Part shown: piece after piece, positions 32,512-43,416 of the stretch
Layout of the letters: each line of letters starts with the position of its first letter
How positions within the stretch are numbered: position 1 is the stretch's first letter
From: Candidatus Moanibacter sp.
GTDB lineage: Bacteria; Verrucomicrobiota; Verrucomicrobiia; Opitutales; UBA2987
DNA length: 64,000 nucleotides
Assembly: GCA_965215885.1 (NCBI GenBank)
Contig: CBDCEW010000075.1
Coordinates: 1 to 64,000 of the forward strand
Reading direction: 5' to 3'
The notes under the pieces: model-generated
What the model saw: only the letters and a program-made list of their open reading frames with translations
Told to the model about the DNA's origin: nothing
Databases searched by the model: none
Made by a program: the position numbers and the translations under genes

Positions 32512-35500
32512 TCAAGAGACCAATTTCCGCACTTCCTGCAGTGCCACTGACACCGTGGCAAAGTCGAGCGGACCTATCGATTTCATATCATTGATGATTC
32601 GTTCGAGACGGCTTACACGATTGCTCTTCCTTCTCAACCATTCCTCCACAGCGTGGGAGGGAGAAGCTTCTCTCTTTGCTCCTATCATCTCAGTGGTCAG
32701 TAACCGATGCACAAGAAAGAGATTTTCACGCAACGTACCTCTCGCCGCCGCCTGCCAGCGCCCACTGACTGTAAGTCCCTCAATCTGTTCGCCGATCCAG
32801 TTTAGCGACAGCTTGTCCCCAGCCATGAAATAGATGGCGGCGACATGCTTCACAGCCCTGCGGGTATCCTTTGCTACCTCTACAATATCGAGAACCGCAT
32901 ACATGAAGCTTAAACCGGCCACCCGTTGCGCGAGTTTCCTCGATACACCGCTCTCGACAAGACCTCTGATAGCTTCCTTGTATTGCCCCGGTTTCGGCAG
33001 AAAGGTGGAAAGTTTTTCCATTATCATAGCTACACCGGGCTGAAATAGAGCAACAGCTGATGCGATATCGTTGTAGCGTGCCGGTCTCTGCAACAACCAA
33101 CGCGTCACGTGCTTGAGGCTTCGGCTCGTCTGATACATCATCGAATACTGGACATCAGCCGGAACCTTATGGTCGAGTGCTTCGATAGATTTCCACACCT
33201 CGCGCATCTTAAAGGCATCCCGTGCGATGGTGTAGGCACGCGCTACACTTGCAGGCTCGGCATCGTTCTCCTCCCTCATCCGAAAAATGAAAGTCGGCCC
33301 CATTCGGTGCACCATGCTCGATGTCACGTGAAGCGATATGATTTCTCGATAGAGTGGGTGCCTGCCCATCAGCCTGCCGAACTTCCTTCTTAGAAGATCA
33401 GGGAAATAGAGCTGCAACTCTCCGGAAAAATAGGGGTCTTCCGGAACATCTGAAGCCACCAGGGCACTGTAAAATGTCCTCTTCCCGTAGGCCAAAAGCA
33501 CGGCAAGTTCCGGTCGTGTGAAGCTTTTTCCGGTTCGAATACGATCTGAGATTTCCTCATCGCGCGGAAGAAATTCCAATTCTCGATCGAGCTCGCCCCT
33601 TTGTTCCAAGAGCCGAATAAGATGGGCGTACTCGCTGATTCTATCGGAGGACTGCGACGCCATCATACTGATTGCCTGACTTTGACGGTAGTTGTCCAGA
33701 AGCACCAGCGAAGTGACCGTATCGGTCATATTGCGTAAAAGCCTGCGTCGGTTCTTTTCTGACAGAAGCCCCTCCAGCCGGGCAATATTCAGCAATATCT
33801 TAATGTTCACTTCGCGGTCCGAGCAATCGACACCCCCGGAATTGTCGATAAAGTCTGTGTTGATCAGACCCCCGCAAAATGCGTATTCGACCCTGGACAA
33901 TTGCGTAAACCCGAGATTGCCGCCTTCGCCTACGATGCCACAGCGTAATTCCTCACCGTTCACGCGGACCTCATCATTGGCGCGATCCCCGACATCCGAA
34001 TGAGACTCCTGCTTCGCCTTGAAGTAAGTGCCAATCCCACCATTCCATAGGAGGTCGACCGGCATACGCAATATGGCCCGAATCAATTCCTGAGGAGTAA
34101 ACGCGTCCGCTTCGACCTCCAGCATTGCTTTTGCTTCGGGACTGAGTCGGATCTGTTTTTCCGATCGCGAGTATACTTCCCCTCCTTTCGATAGTAGACC
34201 CCTGTCGTAGTCTTCCCATGTAGAACCCGTCTTGTTGAAAAGGCGTTCGCGTTCCGCAAAGCTCATTTCCGGATCCGCATCCGGATCCAGAAATATGTGC
34301 ATGTGATTAAAGGCGGCCTGCAGCTTTATGAAGCGTGACTGCAGCATCCCGTTTCCAAACACGTCTCCCGACATGTCTCCGATTCCTGCCACCGCAAATT
34401 CCGTGGTTTGAATGTCGATGCCCCGATCCCGAAAAAGCCGCTTCACCGATTCCCAGGCGCCTTTAGCGGTGATTCCCATCTTCTTATGATCGTACCCCAC
34501 TGAACCCCCCGAGGCGAAGCCATCACCAAGCCAAAATCCATATTCCTGCGATAAGGCGTTGGCGATGTCGGAAAATGTTGCCGTACCCTTGTCCGCCGCA
34601 ACCACCAGATAGGGATCATCTTCGTCATGTCTTACTACCATCCGGGGAGGCACCACTTTTCCATTTACAAGGTTATCCGTGAGATCGAGCAGGCCACGGA
34701 TGAAATTGCGGTAACAAGCCACAACTTCATCCATCATTTCCTGCTTATCTACCGATTGCGGTGGGCGCTTTACGACAAATCCTCCTTTGGCTCCCACCGG
34801 TACAATAATGGTATTCTTCACCATCTGCGCCTTGACCAAACCGAGAACCTCGGTGCGAAAATCCTCTCTGCGGTCAGACCAGCGCAATCCTCCTCGCGCT
34901 ACTCTTCCGCCTCTCAGATGGACGCCTTCCACCCGCGGAGAGTAAACGAAAATCTCAAACATTGGCAGGGGCAGAGGCATATCCGGAATCCTCGAAGGTT
35001 CCAGCTTGAGTGAGAGATACGGTTTTTCACGACCATTCGAATCGCGCTGAAAATAGTTAGTGCGCAAGCACGCGTTTATCATGTTGTGAAAGCCGCGAAG
35101 TATACGGTCTTCATCGAGACTGGCCACTGCATCGAGCGCCTTCAGGATTGCCGCATTGCACTTCTCGACGTCTCCTTTTCGCCTCTTTATGCTCCTTCCA
35201 AGTGCGAATCGCGCTTCGAATAGTTCTACCATCAACTGAGCGATCCGTGCGTTCCTGTTGAGCGTAGCCTCCATGTAGCTCTGGCTGAAAGGTACCCTGA
35301 TCTGCAACAGGTATTTGCAGCAGGCACGTAGAAGCGCGGTCTGACGCCAACTTAGTCGCGCCGCTAACACTAGTCTGTTAAAACCGTCGTTTTCAGCCTC
35401 TCCGCGCCACGACCGTCGAAAGGCTTCTTTAAAAAGGGATTCCACCTCTCCAGGATCCACTTGACCGTCTGCCCCGTAGGCCATTTCGAAATCCTGCATC

Positions 35501-37326
35501 CAGAAAACCCCGCCCTCTTTCAACTTCATACTGTAGGGCCGTTCGTTGATCACTTTCAGCCCCATGTTTTCCAGCATCGGCAGCACCTCGAATATCGGGA
35601 TCGGCCTTTCCCGTCGGAAAAGCTTGAATCTCAAATGTTCTTCTCGAAAAGCCGCGGAGCGATACAAGCTCATATCAATGCTCTCTTCCGTCTCTCTGAG
35701 ATTGTCCATTTTCAGAACGTCAATCGCGGCAGCCTGAGGTGAAACATCCTCCATATACGCAGCCGGAAAGGACCCTTCGAATCGTCGAAAAAGACCCAGG
35801 CCGCTCTCTTCTCCAATTCGTGTGACGAGGGCCTCGCGAAGGGCATCTTCCCACGATCTCACGACATTGACGATCTTCTCTTCGATCTCCGACACATTGA
35901 TTCCGAGTGCCCGATCCGTCTTCGTCCGCACGAGGTAATATACCCGTGCCAGAATCGATTCCGATAGTTGAACTCGCGCCTCTACAGACTCACCGTTCAA
36001 CTCACTCAGCAGTATCCCCTCAACTTTCTTGCGGACCTCGGTGTGATAACGGTCGCGCGGTATATAAACGATACAGGCGTAAAATCGCTCAAAAGTATCT
36101 CTCCTCACGAGAAGCTTCACCTTGCGCCGTTCCTGGAGGTTCAGAATTTCATTCGTCAGCCTTACCAGTTCGCTGACCGAACATTGGAAAAGTTCATCTC
36201 TGGGAAACGTATCCAGAATGTGCATTAAGGCTTTACCGTCGTGACTCGTTGGAATAAGCTTGGAGCGCGCCATCACCCGCCGAACCTTGTGTCGCAGCAG
36301 AGGAATCTCCCGTGGACTCTGATTATATGCTAGACTGGTAAAGAGGCCCAAAAATCGTTTTTCACCTATGGGTCTGCCTTTCAGGTCAAACAGTTTGACC
36401 CCGATATAATCGAGGTAGGCCCCGCGATGCACTGTCGCCTTTGAATTGGCCTTTGTTATCACTAACGCCTCCTTCGCTGAAATCTGTTTGAGCGTTTCTC
36501 TGGAAAGTACCGCTCCCGAACGCGCGGACCTTCTTTTCGACCTTCTCAGTATCCCAAGGCCTGTTCTCGCTACGGGAATCAAAACCTTCTTCCCCCCTTC
36601 GCTCTCAAGTCGATACTCACGGTACCCGAGAAAGGTAAAATTTCTGTCAACCATCCAGTCCAGGAATGCCTTGCTTTCAAATATGATGGCCTGTTCGAGC
36701 GGAGGTGGATCCGTCGTCAGCTCATTGCAGACCTCTCGCGCTTTGTCGCACATTGCCCCCCAATCCGTTATCGCCACCCGCAGATCGGCCATCGCCTTCG
36801 AAATGTCCCTCTTTAATTCCGCGATGAGCGCAGCATCCCTCTCGCGTTCAATCTCAACGTGTTGAATCGATTCTTGAACGGCGCCATCCTGCCTCAGGAT
36901 GCGCGGCAGCACTTCCTTCAGGCGCCCTCTGGCATCCCTCTGCAAGGAAATAATCGGATGCATTGTTATCTGAATGGAAAGCCCGTGTTTGTTCAGCGCC
37001 AGGCTTAGTGAGTCCACCAGAAAAGGCATGTCGTCGTTGACCAACTCGATTACTGTACGCGTTGAACTCCACCCGTGCTTCCTCTTGTCGGGATTAAATA
37101 TCCTGAACTTTGCCTCATTACTCTTTCGGTTCACGGCAAACTTATATAGATCGACTCCCAGCGCACAGAGGTCTTCCGGCGTCCTCCTTAGGAGGTCTTC
37201 TGCCGCCACGGATTCGTAAAGCTGCTGAATAAAGCGGCCTGCGTTCCCCGATTCCTTCACGGAAACGCGCTTCTTCGATAGTTCGATTATTTCGTCTATC
37301 AGTCCCAGAGTGCTTTTCTTTTCCAT
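32512..37326 (-). CDS. gdhB: Large NAD-specific glutamate dehydrogenase
   Basis: 1604 aa; DDMPFLVDS, RGGLRWSDR, AADKGTATFSD, NTDFIDNSGGVDCSD. Confidence 0.95.
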   Translation of the reverse strand: MEKKSTLGLIDEIIELSKKRVSVKESGNAGRFIQQLYESVAAEDLLRRTPEDLCALGVDLYKFAVNRKSNEAKFRIFNPDKRKHGWSSTRTVIELVNDDMPFLVDSLSLALNKHGLSIQITMHPIISLQRDARGRLKEVLPRILRQDGAVQESIQHVEIERERDAALIAELKRDISKAMADLRVAITDWGAMCDKAREVCNELTTDPPPLEQAIIFESKAFLDWMVDRNFTFLGYREYRLESEGGKKVLIPVARTGLGILRRSKRRSARSGAVLSRETLKQISAKEALVITKANSKATVHRGAYLDYIGVKLFDLKGRPIGEKRFLGLFTSLAYNQSPREIPLLRHKVRRVMARSKLIPTSHDGKALMHILDTFPRDELFQCSVSELVRLTNEILNLQERRKVKLLVRRDTFERFYACIVYIPRDRYHTEVRKKVEGILLSELNGESVEARVQLSESILARVYYLVRTKTDRALGINVSEIEEKIVNVVRSWEDALREALVTRIGEESGLGLFRRFEGSFPAAYMEDVSPQAAAIDVLKMDNLRETEESIDMSLYRSAAFREEHLRFKLFRRERPIPIFEVLPMLENMGLKVINERPYSMKLKEGGVFWMQDFEMAYGADGQVDPGEVESLFKEAFRRSWRGEAENDGFNRLVLAARLSWRQTALLRACCKYLLQIRVPFSQSYMEATLNRNARIAQLMVELFEARFALGRSIKRRKGDVEKCNAAILKALDAVASLDEDRILRGFHNMINACLRTNYFQRDSNGREKPYLSLKLEPSRIPDMPLPLPMFEIFVYSPRVEGVHLRGGRVARGGLRWSDRREDFRTEVLGLVKAQMVKNTIIVPVGAKGGFVVKRPPQSVDKQEMMDEVVACYRNFIRGLLDLTDNLVNGKVVPPRMVVRHDEDDPYLVVAADKGTATFSDIANALSQEYGFWLGDGFASGGSVGYDHKKMGITAKGAWESVKRLFRDRGIDIQTTEFAVAGIGDMSGDVFGNGMLQSRFIKLQAAFNHMHIFLDPDADPEMSFAERERLFNKTGSTWEDYDRGLLSKGGEVYSRSEKQIRLSPEAKAMLEVEADAFTPQELIRAILRMPVDLLWNGGIGTYFKAKQESHSDVGDRANDEVRVNGEELRCGIVGEGGNLGFTQLSRVEYAFCGGLINTDFIDNSGGVDCSDREVNIKILLNIARLEGLLSEKNRRRLLRNMTDTVTSLVLLDNYRQSQAISMMASQSSDRISEYAHLIRLLEQRGELDRELEFLPRDEEISDRIRTGKSFTRPELAVLLAYGKRTFYSALVASDVPEDPYFSGELQLYFPDLLRRKFGRLMGRHPLYREIISLHVTSSMVHRMGPTFIFRMREENDAEPASVARAYTIARDAFKMREVWKSIEALDHKVPADVQYSMMYQTSRSLKHVTRWLLQRPARYNDIASAVALFQPGVAMIMEKLSTFLPKPGQYKEAIRGLVESGVSRKLAQRVAGLSFMYAVLDIVEVAKDTRRAVKHVAAIYFMAGDKLSLNWIGEQIEGLTVSGRWQAAARGTLRENLFLVHRLLTTEMIGAKREASPSHAVEEWLRRKSNRVSRLERIINDMKSIGPLDFATVSVALQEVRKLVS

Positions 37327-37715
37327 CCCAGTCCTTTTTCAGAATCGTACGACAGCCGAAAAAAAGCCTACTCCCCGTCTCCCTCAGCGGCACGACGGGA
37401 AATCTATCGCTTCTACCATTCGGAACCGGCTATCGTTCTGCAAGGTGTTTTTTGGAATCCTTCAGCCCTCCCGCAGTAATCGTTGTCGCCGTCCCGCGCC
37501 GCATGCCCAACGTACACCCAGGGCGAAATTTTTAGCGAAATTGACGCCTCAGGACTCTTTTTTAAGATTTTTCCCACGGTGGGCTTCCCTCCGTCGCCGA
37601 AGGCTATGGAGGACAGGCCGCCCCATCCCACTGTGCCCGTCAGTGTCCCTCGCTGCCCTTGTCGTGTAGAGACTTTATTCAGCTTTCGTCCTTCCCGAGA
37701 ACGTAGGAAAATTCC

Positions 37716-37753
37716 AAAAAAATAGGACGGACCCTTAAACCGGAATCCGTCCC
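37716..37753 (-). terminator. Rho-independent terminator
   Basis: Minus strand GGACGGATTCC-loop-GGGTCCGTCC followed by TATTTTTT. Confidence 0.7.
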
Positions 37754-37832
37754 ACTTTTACCAGTACCAGTAGTGCGTAGCAGCACTAGTAATAAAAGCT
37801 CAAGGAAGCTTTACGTCATTCATAATTTCTAC

Positions 37833-37910
37833 CTACCAAATAGCGTAATAGTTGTCGTTCTCAGGACCGTATCCATTATCGTGATTTATTTGTTTTCTTC
37901 TCTCTCTCAC
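37833..37910 (-). CDS. Candidate small protein MRERRKQINHDNGYGPENDNYYAIW
   Basis: AGGAG 8 nt upstream of GTG; 25 codons; terminator ~80 nt downstream. Confidence 0.35.
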   Translation of the reverse strand: MRERRKQINHDNGYGPENDNYYAIW

Positions 37911-38427
37911 TTCTCAAACTCCTGCTTGATCCATGAATGATAATACCTATACATTTATAAGGACATTACCCTGGAACTCAATCCGTAAATCCCCCATTCT
38001 CGCTAAATAAATGTAAAATTGAATTTTGTAACATCCTAATTGTAAATGGCTTGTAAAATTCTTCAGATTATTACATTACCGTTACATATATAGTTTTAAT
38101 ACCCTCTCCCAAAAGCAATACCGAACAGATAAATTTTATAACAGTTATTCATTCGAGCCCTAATCGTAATTGGGATCGCAGTCGAAAATCGAAAGTCCTA
38201 GACTACGATTACGACCACGGCCTTCGAGTGTATTCAAGATCCCCTCCTGGGAGGGGCAAGGGGTGGGTTTCTCCAAGCCAGTTTCAGCCTTCAAAAGACA
38301 TCTACCAATAGATCAGTGCTAAGTATTCCGTTGCTCGAAATCAGCCTACGCGGTTCGCCAAAGGGAGCGAATGTCTGCGTGGGTAGTGTTTGCCCAAACA
38401 CTCGAGCGCCACAGCCGACCAAAATCG

Positions 38428-39468
38428 CTAAGTTTCTCTTTTTTTCCCGCTCTGAAACTTCCAGAATCCCAAAAGGACGAGAAGACCAGCAACGAAAAGC
38501 CGCACTGTCGCAGGTTCAGGAATCACTGCTATTGTGGCCGTGAAACTCGTTGAATCAAAGAATGGATTGCCGTTTGGATCGACCACGAAATTGATGTGAT
38601 CACCTGCATTTACAGCAACACCTGTCAGGCTCAAGGGACCGGTGTCACCGCTTCCTTCATTTATCACACCGGATGCCAGTAACCCATTGGAGTCGTTGAG
38701 ATCCACAAACCATGCAAAACCCGTTGCATCTTGCCCCACACCGTTTGGATCCATGTCGCCAAAGGTAAAATCGATATTCACGCCCGTATCTAACGGGCTA
38801 AGCCAACTCATTACGACAAGACCACTACCAGGATGCATCCAGATTGTGTTATCCGGCCACAGAAAAGTTGCAGCATTACCGATCCAGGTTATTGAACTAC
38901 CTGAACTATTAACTCCAACAACCGCACCATTAACAAAAATCGAGTTTCCATCATTCCAGTACTGTGTCGGCGGATTCCATAATGGTTCAAGTTGGCTGAA
39001 ACTTGTCTGTAACTGGTATGCCCCATCGCGGACCAGGTCGTTGCTGAACCGGTAAGACCATGTCGATGACTCTGTGTTGGTTGTTAGTGAGAAGTCGTCC
39101 ACCGCGGAGAATATTAATGCCGCATGAACATCCTCAGGCACAAACTTGGCAGCCAATGCTAGAGCACTGAATGGAACGGGGTCATTAACTCCTACCGCGG
39201 CACCATCAACAAGAATCGAGCGACCATCATTCAAGTATTGTGTCGGCGGATTCCATAAGTATTCAAGTTCGCTGAAACTCGTCGTTACCTGGTATGACCC
39301 ATCGCGGGCCAGGTCGTTGCTGAAACGATATGACCATGTCGATGACTCTGTGCGCTCTGTTATATAGAGGTCGTCCACTGCGGAGATTATCAACGCCGCA
39401 TAAACATCTCCAGCCACCATCACGACAGCCAATCCAAGAGCCCTGATCAGACTTTTCATCATTATCAT
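38428..39468 (-). CDS. PEP-CTERM sorting-domain protein with an internal N-terminal duplication
   Basis: Signal peptide; C-terminal VIPEPAT + TM helix + basic tail; ~72-aa segment repeated at 92-aa spacing. Confidence 0.85.
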   Translation of the reverse strand: MIMMKSLIRALGLAVVMVAGDVYAALIISAVDDLYITERTESSTWSYRFSNDLARDGSYQVTTSFSELEYLWNPPTQYLNDGRSILVDGAAVGVNDPVPFSALALAAKFVPEDVHAALIFSAVDDFSLTTNTESSTWSYRFSNDLVRDGAYQLQTSFSQLEPLWNPPTQYWNDGNSIFVNGAVVGVNSSGSSITWIGNAATFLWPDNTIWMHPGSGLVVMSWLSPLDTGVNIDFTFGDMDPNGVGQDATGFAWFVDLNDSNGLLASGVINEGSGDTGPLSLTGVAVNAGDHINFVVDPNGNPFFDSTSFTATIAVIPEPATVRLFVAGLLVLLGFWKFQSGKKRET

Positions 39469-39974
39469 TTTCTACCCTCTAATGGTATCATTATCTATAA
39501 CGATAAGCTGTTCGTCCCCGGCAGTCGGTCGCGTCCCAGAACAGCTTAACAACAGGGTGAAGAAGAGTATGCTCAGAATAATACGGATAGTAAAACCTGA
39601 ATACACCTTATTTTTCATAGTTTACCCGATAGAGAATAGATGATAGCCTCATTACCACTGCTTCGTCTATCGATGATCGCGGTGGAAGCTGTCGAACATT
39701 CAACATCGAACGCCGAAGGTCTTTACTTCGATGTTGGACGTTCAGTGTTCGATGTTCGATGTTGCCAATCACTCTTCATGAAATCTCGTAGAGTACGTTG
39801 TACGGCAGATCCGCGGTTTTCTCGAATCCGTGGTCAATTCTTCTTCATTCGTCCCGGCTCGCCGGGATGCATTAGCGGTTCTCTTCTTCTCTTTGGTTGC
39901 GGCTTTGCCGCTCCAAGAAACCTATGCCGCGGTAAATGATGCAGGCCATAGGCACTTGATCGGTTGCGGTCCGT

Positions 39975-42614
39975 TCACACCCTTTTGTTCAGCAAATCCC
40001 TAATAGCGGATCCGGTAAAGCGGATGAACGGTTCGTAGAGCAGCAGGGTGTGGAAACCGGGAACCGTGAGCACATCGATCGGGCTTGAGGTCATGCCTCT
40101 CCAGCCGAGAGACCGGTTCCGTGCCGCCTTTGGGGAGAACTGGATTTCCGCCCGCACGAGCGCCACCGGGCAGTCCAGTTTCCGGGGCTGATACTGTTCA
40201 TAGGCGACCTGATGATTGGCAAACAGACGTTCCCGATAGGCGGCTGAATCCGGTTTCGGCGACTCGTCATCCAGTCTGTGGGATTCCATTCGATGACGGA
40301 TCTTCGATGTCAGGTAAACTCTCCGTTTCGAGGGTGGTAGATAGCGCAACACCTGGCCATGCAATCGGATTTTCTGAAACAGAACGTAGGCGTGCCGCAT
40401 GGGGCCGCGAATGTAACGGAGCCTTTCCGTTACGACACCCGGGCCGTAGGTGTCGATCAGGATCAATCGTCCGACCGTCTCACCGAGAGCACGCAGTTGC
40501 CGTGCCGTTTCCCAGGCGGCCATGCCCCCGTAGGAAATGCCGCACAGATAAAACGGGCCCCTGAGTTGGATCGACCGGAGGTCGTTGATCAACGAGGCGA
40601 CCTCTTCCTCAAGCGTTTCCCTTGAACGGCTGTCGCTACCGGGCAGTCCGGGTCGCAGGCAATAGATCGGTTGGTCCGATCCCAAGGTGCGAGCCAGGTC
40701 GCGATAAATCAGCCCGTCCCCTCCTCCCTGCGGAAAACAGAAGAGCGGAGGGCGCAATCCGGTAGGGGTTAGAGGCAGCACAGTCGACCAGGCGAGGCAT
40801 CTCGATGGATCCCGCAAGGCGGCGGCCATCGCTTCCACCGTGGGCGCCTCGAACACTACGCTTGCCGGAAGATTTACTCTCAGGGTACGGCACAAATCGT
40901 CCACGAGTTCCATCGCGGAGAGAGAATTTCCACCGAGATCGAAAAAGGATTCGTCTTCGCTCAGGGAGGGAACCCGAAGTGCCTTCCTCCAGAGACCGAA
41001 CAAAACCGATTTCAGCGTTTCGCTCTCTTCAACCGAAGTCGAAGAAGGTGTGGCTAGGCGATCCGCCGCCATCTGTTGCAATGCTCTTCGGTCGGCCTTG
41101 CCGTTCGGCGTCAAGGGAATGGCCTCCAGAAGGACAAACTCGGAAGGAATCATGTATTCTGGAAGATCCCGGCTCAGTTCCTGACGCAATGTCCTGGCAT
41201 CGGGAGGGGGTGACACGGCGGGTATCACGAATCCCATCAGCCGGAACTCCCCTGTCTCCAGACTATAAGGTTCCACAATCGCCTGATCCACAATTTCCAA
41301 CCTGTTTAAGGCGGCTTCGACGGCCAAGGGATCGACGCGGAACCCGCGGATTTTCACTTGATTGTCCTTTCTTCCCAGGTGTTCGAGGCAGCCGTCTTTT
41401 CGCCATCGCCCGAGATCACCAGTGCGAAACCGCACGGCGCCTCGTCCATCCTCAACCGGTTGGAAACGGGTCCGCGTCTTTTCGGGATCTCTCCAGTAAC
41501 CCGAGGTCAGATAGGGGCTGGTCACAGTGATTTCCCCGATCTCCCCCGGAGCAACCGATTGTCCCGCTTCGTCCAGCAAGGTGATCTCCTCGTCCTCCAA
41601 CGGGCGGCCCACCGGCACCATCGTCCCATCGATCCGTGTATTTCGGTCGATTCTAAAATGACAGAGATTACTGCCGGTTTCCGTCATTCCCAGTCCGTTG
41701 ACCATTATGCAATCCTGATGAATCCGGTTGCGGAACAGTTCCACATCGGATGCAAACATCGGTTCTCCACCCAGCTTTATCAGGCGCAGACAGGGGAAAT
41801 GGTTGGTCCCCTCCAAACTTCGGACCAAGAGCCGAAACAGGCTGGGCACCGTCTGGAGAATCGTTATGGCCTCCTCGTTCAGCCGCCGGATCAGGGTCTG
41901 CAGCCCACAGGAACGAAAATCAAATGGCAACACGCAGGCTCCGTTCAGAAGGGCGCCGAACAAGGGCGACAATGAGGCGGCAAAGCTGGCTGAAGTTAAA
42001 AGTAAAAGGCGGTCGTCCGCCGTGATTTCCAGGCATCGGGAGTAATTGCGGATGGCATGCAGAAGGCACCGATGATTACGAAGGATGCCCTTGGGCAGCC
42101 CCTCGGATCCCGAGGTGTAGGAAATGCAGAAGGGATCCCCGGAATGAGATAGCCTTGCCTCGAACCCATTCCCGGGAGCTGGAGGCAGCGCCTCGATATC
42201 GAGGATGTGAAGGTCGGGCAAAGTGTTCCAGGCCTCGGCCCCCGGATCAGAGATTACCATGGCTCGCGCGCCGGAATCGCCGAGGATTTGACGCACCATT
42301 TTTGCTGGAAATGCCCGGTCAAGGGCGACGTAAGGATGTCCTGCCATCAAGGTGCCGAGAATTCCGGTCACGAGAGAGGCGTCGTGGTCCAACATCAGGG
42401 CAATCGGAGATGTGTCGGCCCGGGAACGCGTTTCTGAGATCCAACTCGCGAGGCGACGCGCATCCTCCCATAAGTCCTCATAAGCGATCTGCCGGGTTCC
42501 ATCATCCACCGCGATCCGATGCGGGTGTTTTTTGACCATCTGCCGAAACCGATCCACGACGGAAGATTCGAGAACCGATTTTGAGAAGGACGGGGTCGGA
42601 TGTGTTACGCTCAT
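39975..42614 (-). CDS. Stand-alone NRPS-like enzyme (A-T-TE)
   Basis: YTSGSEGLPKG, FRTGDLG, QVKIRGFR, NGKADR; carrier FFDLGGNSL; thioesterase GISYGG. Confidence 0.92.
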   Translation of the reverse strand: MSVTHPTPSFSKSVLESSVVDRFRQMVKKHPHRIAVDDGTRQIAYEDLWEDARRLASWISETRSRADTSPIALMLDHDASLVTGILGTLMAGHPYVALDRAFPAKMVRQILGDSGARAMVISDPGAEAWNTLPDLHILDIEALPPAPGNGFEARLSHSGDPFCISYTSGSEGLPKGILRNHRCLLHAIRNYSRCLEITADDRLLLLTSASFAASLSPLFGALLNGACVLPFDFRSCGLQTLIRRLNEEAITILQTVPSLFRLLVRSLEGTNHFPCLRLIKLGGEPMFASDVELFRNRIHQDCIMVNGLGMTETGSNLCHFRIDRNTRIDGTMVPVGRPLEDEEITLLDEAGQSVAPGEIGEITVTSPYLTSGYWRDPEKTRTRFQPVEDGRGAVRFRTGDLGRWRKDGCLEHLGRKDNQVKIRGFRVDPLAVEAALNRLEIVDQAIVEPYSLETGEFRLMGFVIPAVSPPPDARTLRQELSRDLPEYMIPSEFVLLEAIPLTPNGKADRRALQQMAADRLATPSSTSVEESETLKSVLFGLWRKALRVPSLSEDESFFDLGGNSLSAMELVDDLCRTLRVNLPASVVFEAPTVEAMAAALRDPSRCLAWSTVLPLTPTGLRPPLFCFPQGGGDGLIYRDLARTLGSDQPIYCLRPGLPGSDSRSRETLEEEVASLINDLRSIQLRGPFYLCGISYGGMAAWETARQLRALGETVGRLILIDTYGPGVVTERLRYIRGPMRHAYVLFQKIRLHGQVLRYLPPSKRRVYLTSKIRHRMESHRLDDESPKPDSAAYRERLFANHQVAYEQYQPRKLDCPVALVRAEIQFSPKAARNRSLGWRGMTSSPIDVLTVPGFHTLLLYEPFIRFTGSAIRDLLNKRV

Positions 42615-42751
42615 TGTCTGTCGCGCTGGAATCCATCCGAGGAATCCGAAAGGAGGCGCCTCTGATCGATCAATTCCCCTTTGGCGGGCCGCAGCATCCG
42701 GGCGTTGAAGTAGTCCTGCTGCAGGTCAATCAACAGAAGCGCAGGTCTCAT
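42611..42751 (-). pseudogene. Truncated isochorismatase-family N-terminus
   Basis: MRPALLLIDLQQDYF motif, then stop after 46 codons overlapping the NRPS start. Confidence 0.65.
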
Positions 42752-43416
42752 GGGGCCATTCCTTTTGCACCGCGCGGGCGACCAGGTCCCCCAGTTTCTG
42801 GGTGCCCGCGACGCGGCAATCTGGTTCTCGCATATCCGCGGTGCGCCAACCCTCGCTCCAGACTCGGCGCAACGCAGCCTCGAGCGCTTGGGCTTCATCG
42901 AACCGTCCGAAGGATTCACGGAGCATCATGGCCAGGCTGAGGATCTGGCCGGCTGGATTCGCCTGGCCGGTTCCCGCCAGATCCCGCGCGGAGCCGTGAT
43001 TGGTTTGGTAGACGGAAGCGCCTTCCCGCGAATAGTTACCGGAAAATGTTAGACCGCGGGACCCGACTAGAACCCCGCCCAGATCGGCCAGGATGTCGCC
43101 GTAGAGGTTTGGGGCCACCATGACATCCAATTCGCCGGCATGCTGGATCATCTTGTATCCCGCCAGATCCACATTGAGGAAGGAGGCGTTGATATCGAAA
43201 TCCAGCAGCACTTCACCAGCCACCGTGCGCCAGAGACGGCTCACGGAAGGGACCCCGCCGTCCTTGACGATGACTGCAAGCTGTCCTCTGCGACGTACCG
43301 CCAGACGTGCAGCGACTTCTACGATGGCGCGGATTTCCTCCTCATTGTAGCGGAACGAAAACTCCGCAATACGCCCGTCAGTGGAGGTACTTCGCAGATC
43401 GCCTTCTCCCTAGTAA

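Noticed and set aside
37758..37823. Selenocysteine recoding of the internal TGA in the second small ORF
   Set aside because: No convincing SECIS-like hairpin directly after the TGA and no redox motif; left only as an open possibility
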